Part shown: piece by piece, positions 15,561-24,200 of the stretch | How the letters are laid out: each line of letters begins with the position of its first letter | Position numbering within the stretch: position 1 is the first letter of the stretch | IMG/VR virus record: IMGVR_UViG_3300037483_001185 | Location: 1-42,266 of that record | Origin: a virus | Lineage: Duplodnaviria; Caudoviricetes | Length of the DNA stretch: 42,266 nt | Reading direction: 5' to 3' (one strand) | Position numbers and translations under genes: made by a program | The notes under the pieces: generated by a model | Database searches by the model: none | What the model was told of the DNA's origin: nothing | The model's input: only the letters and a program-made list of their open reading frames with translations

Positions 15561-15568
15561 TTGATCTA

Positions 15569-15874
15569 TCATGCACGAGCGCCATCCACGAACTTGAACC
15601 CGCGCGCCCGTACGGTGCGAATCACCTCTGCCTGCGTGGCTTCGGCCAGGCGCCGACGGAGCCGTTGAGCCAGGGCGTCGATAGCCTGATCGGTCACGAC
15701 GCCATTGGCATCTGGCCACACGACATCGACAATCCGATTGCGGCTGACAACTAGATTGCGGTTGTCCCAGAGCAGATGCAACAGCGTCCACTGTCGAGGC
15801 GACAGGATGGGCTCCAGAACATCACCGTCGATGTAAACATCGAAGTTGGCGGGATCTAGCGTGACATCGCTCAT
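15569..15874 (-). CDS. Stand-alone OmpR/PhoB-type winged-helix DNA-binding domain protein
   Basis: LSPRQWTLLHLLWDNRNLVVSRNRIVDVVWP..IDALAQRLRRRL..IRTVRARGFKF. Confidence 0.85.
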   Translation of the reverse strand: MSDVTLDPANFDVYIDGDVLEPILSPRQWTLLHLLWDNRNLVVSRNRIVDVVWPDANGVVTDQAIDALAQRLRRRLAEATQAEVIRTVRARGFKFVDGARA

Positions 15875-16693
15875 GGCTGGCTGGTAGGCGTCATGAATTC
15901 ATCCGTGCCTGTGAACACTTCCATCGTCCAGTATGGCATTGTCACCGTCACCACCTGGTGTGTCGTGATTTCCGTTGTCCCCGAGAACCACCTGGCAAAG
16001 AACTCATAGGTGCCTGGTTCCGGAAACGACAGCGTGACTGTAATGCCTACCGGGTTGCCGTACCAGGTCACAGGCGCCGGCCCAAAGCCCTGGCTCCACA
16101 CCGGCAGAGTCGGGTAGGCCGGCTCCAACCAGGGGCGCCAGTTTGCCAAAATAGGCCCAGTCCCACTTCTCCCCCGCCGGCGCTGGATGCCCCACGCTGA
16201 ACCTGAACACCAGTGTGCGGATGCCACGCGCCGTGTAGTCGGGCAGGATGGCGGCGCTGTACAGCCGGATCTTGTCCCCGAAATTGTAGCTGTCCATCTC
16301 GTTGGGCACGCCGGCAATCACGATTTGCGAGCGTGGGAATACTAGCCCCTGCGTGTTGGCCTTCAGCTCCAGTTCGGCCAGCTTGTCCACCCAATCCTGC
16401 ACGTCCCGCTTTGCTGCCCATTCCGGGTTGGCCACGGCGTCGGCCTGGCGCTGCCCGTTGCTGTCGTCAATAGACCAGTAGCGCAGCACGATGTTGGCAA
16501 CCGGCGCCGCCTGGTGCACCTGGTGGATGTCCATCACGTCCGGCTCGAGGATGACGACCCACGGTGGCTGCAATGCCCGGATGTATTCCAGGTCGCTGGG
16601 CCGGTGATGGCCGGGGGAATAGTAGACGCCGACGCGATGATGGCCCATGGATTGCTTCCCTCTCCCCACCAGGGGCAGGTAGACGGTACTCAC
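15871..16693 (-). pseudogene. Glycoside-hydrolase-like putative endolysin, apparently truncated or frame-disrupted near 16130
   Basis: 16004..16693 starts with VYLPLV and has a clan-A-like PNE motif and FSVGHP..W..F; after about 16130 the sensible beta-rich sequence continues in another frame (15871..16317). Confidence 0.5.
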
Positions 16694-16872
16694 AGTACAC
16701 CCAACTCCCGCAGCAAAATGACCAGCAGGATGATGCCCACGATGAGCATAATCGGCATCCGAATATCAGCCGGGATGGGCATCTTGTTGAGCACGTAGAA
16801 AATGAGCCAGACGATGACAATTAGCACTAAGAGCCAAAGCAGTAAGCTCAGCAGGCCTGTTGTTGCTAACAC
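16690..16872 (-). CDS. Small two-TM membrane protein in the lysis cassette
   Basis: LLWLLVLIVIVWLIFYVLNKMPIPADIRMPIMLIVGIILLVILL; AGGAGG RBS. Confidence 0.75.
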   Translation of the reverse strand: MLATTGLLSLLLWLLVLIVIVWLIFYVLNKMPIPADIRMPIMLIVGIILLVILLRELGVL

Positions 16873-16880
16873 GAGTCCTC

Positions 16881-17225
16881 CTATTCAGTCTTCGTCATGC
16901 GCAGCCAGGCCATGTAAATCCCCACGGTTGGCCCCAACTGCAATGCCGCGTAAAAGAGCAGCAGCGCCGTCTGCGTGCGATGGTCGTAAAGCGTGTCGAG
17001 CGCATCGTGCGCCAGGAAAAAAGCCAGCACCCACAGCGTCACGTTGCTGAACACTGACAGCGACCAGGCCGCCACGCCGAACAGGACGATGGCCGTTGGG
17101 CTGTCACGTCCTCTGAGCCAGGCCACCCTGGCCAGCCGCAACGAATACACGATGATGATAGCCAGCAGCACGGCGGCCACGGCGTTGATGGCCAGGAAGA
17201 TGAAATCAAGGATGTCCAGAATCAC
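16881..17225 (-). CDS. Three-TM membrane protein
   Basis: Three hydrophobic helices; GTGA overlap. Confidence 0.7.
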   Translation of the reverse strand: MILDILDFIFLAINAVAAVLLAIIIVYSLRLARVAWLRGRDSPTAIVLFGVAAWSLSVFSNVTLWVLAFFLAHDALDTLYDHRTQTALLLFYAALQLGPTVGIYMAWLRMTKTE

Positions 17226-17428
17226 GACTGTTCTCCCCGCGTTTTCTCGGCTTCGATGCTGTCAACACGCCGTTCCAGGGACACGAGTCGCCCTTCCACC
17301 ATGGCCTGGTGGCGGCGAATGCGCAGAATCATTTCATCTAGCCAGTCCAGGAAATGGTCCGTCGCCTCCGCGCTGTCAGGCTCATGGCTTTTTGCCTGCT
17401 TTTCATCGTTTGTCTGGTGTTCGCTCAT
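17222..17428 (-). CDS. Small coiled-coil protein
   Basis: GAGG RBS; RLVSLERRVDSIE. Confidence 0.55.
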   Translation of the reverse strand: MSEHQTNDEKQAKSHEPDSAEATDHFLDWLDEMILRIRRHQAMVEGRLVSLERRVDSIEAEKTRGEQS

Positions 17429-17753
17429 CGCGCAGCCTCTCAATTTTCTCCTCCAACCGGTCCAGGTTGGCTAGCTGCTGGATGGCATTGGTGAGTTCGT
17501 TCAGCGCTTGAGTCTGTCGCTCCTGGACGGCGATAAACCTTTCGTCCTGCTTGGCCTGACGATCAATGACGGCTTTATAATCGGCGCTATGCTGGTCATC
17601 TCTGACCTTCAAGTCAGTCTCGTGTCGTTTGATTCTGTCCTGTAACCAGTAAAACATGAGGCCGGCCAACCCCGTGCCACCTAGAGCCGCCACGGCATCC
17701 CACGGTGTAGCTGCTGTCGTGCCCTGTTGCCATAGATTGTTCAAGTAGAGCAC
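17403..17753 (-). CDS. Holin-like protein (single TM plus coiled coil, BhlA/UviB-like)
   Basis: ALGGTGLAGLMFYWL followed by a charged coiled coil; position after the tail genes. Confidence 0.6.
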   Translation of the reverse strand: MLYLNNLWQQGTTAATPWDAVAALGGTGLAGLMFYWLQDRIKRHETDLKVRDDQHSADYKAVIDRQAKQDERFIAVQERQTQALNELTNAIQQLANLDRLEEKIERLRDERTPDKR

Positions 17754-17775
17754 GATTCTCTCCCCATAGTTGCAG

Positions 17776-18246
17776 CTATTCGCCCAGCAGATTGCCCAGA
17801 CTGGTCACAATCGAGCCCCGCACAGCGCCCCCGTTCAGCCTGGCCACCTCCTCAATTTCGGCCTGGCTAATGCTCTCCGCGCAGGCGAGGGCATCGTCCA
17901 GCAAGGCATTCAGCGCCGCCGTGTAATTGGCTGGGTCCGCCACCAGGAAGCCTTGCCCGCTGGGATGCGGGATGGGCTTGCCGGCGCCGTCCCGCCGCAT
18001 GTGGTGCTCGTCGAGCCGCTTGAGTTCGGCGTCGAAATCCTCGGCACGCTGGCGCAACAGGCGCAGCAGGCGGCGCAGCTTGAAGCTCAGCGCCGGCGCC
18101 ATCTCATATTCGGTCAGCCTGGTCAGCGCTGCCAGGGCCGGCTGCAACTGGCGGTTGGGGAGTTGCACGCCGGATGGGACGGGCGCCGCTTCTGGGGCCG
18201 GCTCTACGTGGTTTCGGTTGGGCTTGATTTGGGTTTTTGTCTGCAT
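17776..18246 (-). CDS. Conserved phage protein downstream of the tail fibre
   Basis: ALTRLTEYEMAPALSFKLRRLLRLL..FDAELKRLDEHH pattern; GAGGAG RBS. Confidence 0.7.
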   Translation of the reverse strand: MQTKTQIKPNRNHVEPAPEAAPVPSGVQLPNRQLQPALAALTRLTEYEMAPALSFKLRRLLRLLRQRAEDFDAELKRLDEHHMRRDGAGKPIPHPSGQGFLVADPANYTAALNALLDDALACAESISQAEIEEVARLNGGAVRGSIVTSLGNLLGE

Positions 18247-18271
18247 GGTTGTCTCCTCGTATTAGTGCGTG

Positions 18272-18305
18272 CCGTGAGTATCACGTGCTACGCACGGAAC
18301 TCACT
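18272..18305. repeat. 34-bp copy of the core of the 33896-33983 palindrome
   Basis: Exact reverse complement of 33919-33952. Confidence 0.85.
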
Positions 18306-18574
18306 GCCGGGTTGCCCCAGGTCGTTGCATTGTCAATTGCATCCTGGCGGGCCTGTGCCTCGGCCACCTGGCGTTCGTAGCTCTGGCTGAACAGTAGTAC
18401 ATGCGCTGCCAGCATGTCGATGAATAGGTCCATCTTCTCTTGGTTGGTCAGCGCGTCGATGTCCTCGGCCTCCCGCTGCGCCTTGAGATAGTTGAGGATG
18501 ACGGTCTGGCCGGTGGTATCGTTGAATTGCTTCCGGCCCGTGATGGGGCCGACGGTCACAGTAAGCTGTCCCAT
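18281..18574 (-). CDS. Hypothetical tail-associated protein
   Basis: AGGAGA RBS; follows the tail fibre gene. Confidence 0.7.
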   Translation of the reverse strand: MGQLTVTVGPITGRKQFNDTTGQTVILNYLKAQREAEDIDALTNQEKMDLFIDMLAAHVLLFSQSYERQVAEAQARQDAIDNATTWGNPAVSSVRST

Positions 18575-18583
18575 GGATGTCTC

Positions 18584-21262
18584 CTATGGCTGGGTCGCAA
18601 TGACTTGGATAGCACCGCTGCTGAAAATTGCGCACAGTTGCGTTTTGCCGGCTCCATTGTCCCGACAGAACAGGCGCCCGCTGTTGGCGGCGCCCGCGGA
18701 CGGAGCCGTCATCTCGCTGAATTCCATGTAGACGGATGGCACCGTAATGTTGCCGCTGGCATCGATTGTCAACTTGGTGGTAAACGCTCCGGCAGTGACA
18801 GTTTGTAGTAGCAAGCTGTTTCCGCTGCCTGCTATACGAGCACCACTAGCTGTAGTGCCGAAAGCGATGCCCGTGCTGGCCTGCATCCGTACGTCGCCAT
18901 CGGTTTCAATGATGAGCGGGTACGTCCCGCCCGTAATATCATGGATGCCGAACTCGCCCGCATTCATGGGAGCCGGCGCCGTGGTGTAGACAGCCAGTCC
19001 CCAGGCTCTGGCTGTGGCCTCGATTTTCAGTTCGGGGTCGGCTGCCGTCATGTGCAGCAGGGTGTCGGGGGTGGTCTCGTTGATGCCGACGTAGCCGCCA
19101 TTCGGTTGCAGCAACACATAGCTGGTCGTCTTGGTGGCGTGACTGGTTCCCGCCAGCGTCAAGTCATCGTTGGCCGCTGTGCCACCGTAGATGATCTGTC
19201 CGCCGGCGATACCCGTCGCCAGAGCAACAGTACCGGTGGCCGGGAATGTGATCGTGTAAGCACCGAATGTATGAGCGGCAACGGCTGACGTAATCTTGCC
19301 TGTATCACTAATCCGGAACGTTTCCGCCAGCGTGCGCGGATTTGCACCCGCTGTCGCTGTGCGCAGTTGAAGAATACCGGCATATGTCATGGACAACACG
19401 GAACCGGCATTCCCCACATCGTCCAAAAGCCAGTTGGTCCCGTCGAAATCAAGGTTGACGCTGTGATAAATCAGCCCGTCGGCGAAGACCGCTGTACGTG
19501 CTGGAGTGGCGCCCCCATCCAGGACTAGAACAGGTCGTGTTTTTAGAATGCTCTGATTGGCCGTGAACACATTTGCCACGCCCAATATGGCCACCGTGCC
19601 CGTGCCCGGCACCGTGGCCGTGAACCCGCCCAGCGCCAGCGTGCCCCCACCGGTAATCGTCGTGTTGTTGGCGTTGGTGAGCGTGCCGGCGTTGGATACC
19701 CCGGTGCCACCGCGGGCGGAAGCCAGCGTGCCACTGGTAATGTCGCCGGCGGCGTGGGCATGACTGACAGGCGCATAGGTGCCGGCATGGTCGTGACTGC
19801 TGATAGTTCCCGTCAGCACGGCTTCAATGGCCGCCTTCGTGACAACTTCGGCTTTGACGTTGGCCAGCGTCTTGGGACGGATGACGCCATCCGATGCCGT
19901 CTCCACCATGTAGTGGCTGGCAGCCGTAGCCGTAGCCGCCGGCAGGACAATCTCAGTGGTCGGGTGTGTGTGACCCACCAGGCTAACTGTGCCGGTGCCG
20001 GTAATGGTCAGCGTATAATCCGCCGCCGCCGCCACTGTCACAATGCCGGCACCGGTTTTGGCCAGCGTGGACTGCTGAAGGGTCTGAGTATCGGTCACGA
20101 ACTCGGCAATGCGCCCGGCCACGCCGGCACCGTAGATGAGCGTGGCCGGGATGCTGGTGATGTCCCCCCAGTCCACCGTTGTGGCCGTGATGTTCGCCGC
20201 TATCCATTCGCCGGGCGTGGCATCCCATATTAGGGCCTGGCCATCGCCGGGCGTGGGTGCGTTTACGTCGCTGTGGCTATCCAGAGCGTGAGCAGCCACA
20301 GCAAAGTAGGCCGTATCGTGGCCGTCCAGGGTATCGGCGTCCACATTCAGGCTGTCCACCAGCGTTTTGGTGACAATCTCGGCCTGCACGTTGGCCAGCG
20401 TTTTGGGCGTCATGGCGCCGTCCAGGGCCGTCTGCATGATGTAGTGCGTAGCGGCTGTGGCCGATGGCGCCGGCGTCGTGATTTCGCTGGTGGGATGCGT
20501 GTGGGCGAAGGGCGTGTTGACCCAGCCGGCGCCCGAATAAATCAGGATATCGTCATCGGTGACAGTGGTCAGCGTCACATCTGCCAGCATCGATACCGCC
20601 GGGTAGCGCACGGCATGTGGCCTGCGGTCGGTGACGCTGAGCACGGCCCCGCTGGCGGTGACGACCACAGCCAGCGGGTAGGCGCCGGCGCTGAAGGCCG
20701 TCGTGTTGGCGCTGAGCGTGCCGGCGTCGGGGTCCAACTCTACGTAGCTGGTGGCATCGTCGTCCACAGCCAGGCTATCCTCAGCCGCCACTATGGTCAC
20801 ACCAGCCGGCTCGCGGATGATGCCCGCACGCACGCCCACGAACAGGCCCGATAAAGCATAAACCTGGAAGCCGCCGGCATCCCCGTGACTGTGGCCGGCC
20901 AGAGCATAGGCGCTGAGCGTACCACCCTGCCCCGGGCCGGTGTGGTCATGGATGATGAGCGCTGTGCTGCCACCCCCACCGCCAACCGGGAAGGCGCCGC
21001 CGCCCTCGGCCGGCGCGAAGATAGCCGCGCTGGGCCGGCCCACGTTGACGACCGGCAACGCGTCACCTGGGGACAGGTCGGCGCCGCTCGTGTTGTGAAA
21101 CTCGTATTTCTGGCCGCCCACTTGCACCCTGCCGTCAGCCAGATACGTGCCGGTGCGCCGGGTAGGCTTGCTGCGAAAGCTGGCGCCCAGACTGCCGGCC
21201 AACCGGCGCCCGGCCAGATTGCGCTTGGTGGCAAAGAAGAGCCGAGAGGGTCCTTTGGGCAT
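18584..21262 (-). CDS. Tail fibre / receptor-binding protein
   Basis: HxH motifs (HDH, HSH, HTH, HAH), ADTLDG, G/T/A-rich repeats; start MPKGPS with GGAGG RBS and TGATG overlap. Confidence 0.8.
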   Translation of the reverse strand: MPKGPSRLFFATKRNLAGRRLAGSLGASFRSKPTRRTGTYLADGRVQVGGQKYEFHNTSGADLSPGDALPVVNVGRPSAAIFAPAEGGGAFPVGGGGGSTALIIHDHTGPGQGGTLSAYALAGHSHGDAGGFQVYALSGLFVGVRAGIIREPAGVTIVAAEDSLAVDDDATSYVELDPDAGTLSANTTAFSAGAYPLAVVVTASGAVLSVTDRRPHAVRYPAVSMLADVTLTTVTDDDILIYSGAGWVNTPFAHTHPTSEITTPAPSATAATHYIMQTALDGAMTPKTLANVQAEIVTKTLVDSLNVDADTLDGHDTAYFAVAAHALDSHSDVNAPTPGDGQALIWDATPGEWIAANITATTVDWGDITSIPATLIYGAGVAGRIAEFVTDTQTLQQSTLAKTGAGIVTVAAAADYTLTITGTGTVSLVGHTHPTTEIVLPAATATAASHYMVETASDGVIRPKTLANVKAEVVTKAAIEAVLTGTISSHDHAGTYAPVSHAHAAGDITSGTLASARGGTGVSNAGTLTNANNTTITGGGTLALGGFTATVPGTGTVAILGVANVFTANQSILKTRPVLVLDGGATPARTAVFADGLIYHSVNLDFDGTNWLLDDVGNAGSVLSMTYAGILQLRTATAGANPRTLAETFRISDTGKITSAVAAHTFGAYTITFPATGTVALATGIAGGQIIYGGTAANDDLTLAGTSHATKTTSYVLLQPNGGYVGINETTPDTLLHMTAADPELKIEATARAWGLAVYTTAPAPMNAGEFGIHDITGGTYPLIIETDGDVRMQASTGIAFGTTASGARIAGSGNSLLLQTVTAGAFTTKLTIDASGNITVPSVYMEFSEMTAPSAGAANSGRLFCRDNGAGKTQLCAIFSSGAIQVIATQP

Positions 21263-24200
21263 CAGCGTTCGTCCTCCCGCGTGATCTGCGTGTTGGTGAT
21301 GACCGTCAACCAACCGAACTCCCGGATCGTGTGGCTGGCAGCCCGGATCAGGTAGGTGCGGTCCTCCTGGAGGCTTTCGTCGTGCCAGTCCCAGGCCACG
21401 CCCCAACACTGGCCAGGCCGATAGTCTCGCCCGTACACCGCCAACTCGGCCACATTGTCGTAAGGGCGGCGCAACTGGTAGTAGCGCTTTTGGGCGCCGG
21501 CCTGGGCCGCCGTTTCGTCGGCGTAGACGTAGGTGCCAACCGTGACCGTTTCCCCGAACAGGTCAGGTGCGGCCGGGTAGAATACCGTGCTCTCGTCGTC
21601 ACTGTCCGGTGGACGCCACACCAGTTCCACCTGGCCCACGGCCCGCCCGCTGGCCCGGTTGGATTCCAGATAGGCCACGTCGGCCCGGGTCAGTTCGCCC
21701 TCCTCAGCCGGCAGGCCGGCCACGCCCCAAAACGGGTCTTTGCGGATGCGCACCTTGCCGTCACGCCGGAGCTCGACACGCACGCCGTCGCGGTCGGCCA
21801 TGTCGGCCAGAATGGGCAGCAGCAGGCCCGGCTCAGTGGTGTAGCCATCCACCAGGGGCGTATCGCCATCGTCGATAATGCCCGCAGCCGGGAAGCCGGC
21901 TGCCGTCAGCAGGGCCGTCATGGCCTCGGCTGAGGTGGCGTCAGAGAGGATGGTGGTGGCGTCCAGGGTAAGGGCGTCCACCGTGGCGTTGATTTCGTTG
22001 ATGCGTGGCCGCGAGGGGCCATCCGCCATCTTCGTGATTTCCACCAGCAAATGGCGCACGCGCTGCGAAGGCGACAGCGCCACCGTGTAGGTGGCCAGGG
22101 CATTGCCCGTGACCGTGGCGATGGTCGTCCAATCGTCCGTGTAGTTGTCATCGCCCGGCCGGCGTGGTTTGCGGTAAATGGAGGTGCGCAGGATGAAATC
22201 CTCCAATACCGGTTGGCCATCTCCCCGCTGCACGCTCACACTGTCCACGGCGTGGGCGTCGCTGGCCACAGTGGATTCCACCACGTACACGGTATCGCCG
22301 GCAGCGTGGGCAGCAGCCGTGGTGCCTCCGTAAGCCCGGCTCACGACCGTCACCGTGCCGGCGCTGAAGTCGCGGGCCTCATAGCTGATTTGTTCGTTGC
22401 CGATTTGCACGACGCCCGTCTCATACAGCCCCTCCGCCGCCGGCTGCCCACCGTTCTCAAAGCTGAGCGCCTCGCTTGCGCCCGGGCTGCTGTCGGTGAT
22501 GTCACTGGCCAGCACCAGGGAGATAGGCTTGAAGGTGGTCAGATGCCATTCGAAGTCAGTCGCCAGCACCACATAGCCGGGCGTGGCAATCGTGCCCACC
22601 TCCCAGTATTCGGCGCTGGTGGTAGGCGTGCCCGCAGGCGTGTAGATGCGGCGCGCCGTCTGGCCGGGCGTCATGGCCGGCAGGGGATCGCCCACCCAGG
22701 CGTTAGCGTCGGCGGCAAAGGTGAAATCACCCCAACACACCCCGCCGTCCAGGTAAGGCCAGTCGCCCGGCTGCCCACCCGGTCCCCACATGATGCCGCC
22801 GCGCTCAGCGCTCAAGTAATCGAACAGTTTCCAGCCCTTGTCAGCCGTCACGAACCAACCGCCGCCGCCCTGCACGACGCTCACGGCCGGCGTGCCACCG
22901 GTCAGGTTGGTGGCGTCAATCGTCATGGTAGTTTGGCTGGCGCTGCGATAGCTGCCGATGAACGTGACCAGCCAGGCGCCGCCCGCCGCCCCCGTGACGT
23001 AGACGTCAGCGGCTGCCACCCCGGCCGCTACCAGGGCCGCCTTGACCGCTGTGGCCGTAGCGTCGTAGGCAATGGCGCCCGTGGGGCCGATGCCCCCAAA
23101 CGTGAGCGTGAACGTGCCGGCTGTGGCGCCGGCCAAATCGACCGACTGCTTGTTGTTGTTGAGGGAAATCAGGTTGACGGCGTCCAGGTCAAACAGCTTG
23201 CCACCGTAGCTGGGGTTCTCCTCCTGAAAGAGCGCCTGGTTCTCGACCAGCAGCAGCGACTCGTCGTCTTCCAGGCCAGGCCAGGCCGGGCTGTCCTTGA
23301 AAAGAATCAGGTAATCATCGTTGATGAGCACGCTGTTGTCATCTACAGCCAGGCCCAACGGCGCCGTAATCTCGAACCACCTGTAGCCGGCGCCCTGACC
23401 GGGATAGCTGGCTACATGCACCTGCGAGATGGCCATGATGCCGGCCCGCCCGTCGGGGTCGGCGGGGTCTTTGTCTGTGACCGGGTTGTCCTCCCCGGTG
23501 TACACGTCGGCCACCCACAGCGTGGACAGCTTGCCATCGATGGCCGACTGCGGGCCAACGTCAGCCTCGCCGATGAACTCGCCGCTATCATCTTTGTAGG
23601 TGGGCGACAGCACGCTGGAAGCAGCGGCCTGCCCACTGTCGGCCAAATCGGTGGCACCTACCCTGAGCCCGCCCGACTGGATGTTGGCCAGCATACCGCC
23701 GGCGCTGGCTACGGCTGCCGTCCACGGGCGCTCACGGTCGGCGTCATCGCGGGCGCTGTCCGAATCCAGCCAGGCCAGCAGGGCGTTCTCCCAGGCGGCG
23801 AAATCGCCGGTGCCGGCGTCGTACTCAGCCACTTGCAGCAGCAGCAGGCTGCCCTTGCGCAGGATGGGACGCGGCATGAGTAGACCGCCCAGTTCGCCGG
23901 CATAATCCACCAGGCATAGGGCATCGTCCAAAGTTTCATTCAGGCTCAGTTCGCCTACCAGCGTGTCCAGTTCCCACCAGAAGCGGGCCGCCGCTCCCGC
24001 CGTGTGGACGCCCGTGTACTCAGCGTCCACGGTGTCACGCACGAGGCCGGTCAGTTGGTTGCCCGTCTTGCCCGTGTAGGTGGCGTGGCCCCAGCCCTCG
24101 CCCGTGGCGCCCGGCCCCAGCCAGACGTGGCCGGCGTCTGGCCAACTGCTGGCGTCGGTCAAGGTGACGGTGGTGGCGACGGCGGTCACGGCGACGGCTA

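Noticed and set aside
18584-21262. Diversity-generating retroelement acting on the tail fibre
   Set aside because: No reverse transcriptase gene and no near-identical TR/VR pair seen
22051-23883. 610-aa plus-strand ORF and other long antisense ORFs in the late region (e.g. 30374-31558, 34140-35147, 38069-39082)
   Set aside because: Shadow frames of GC-rich minus-strand genes with no recognisable motifs
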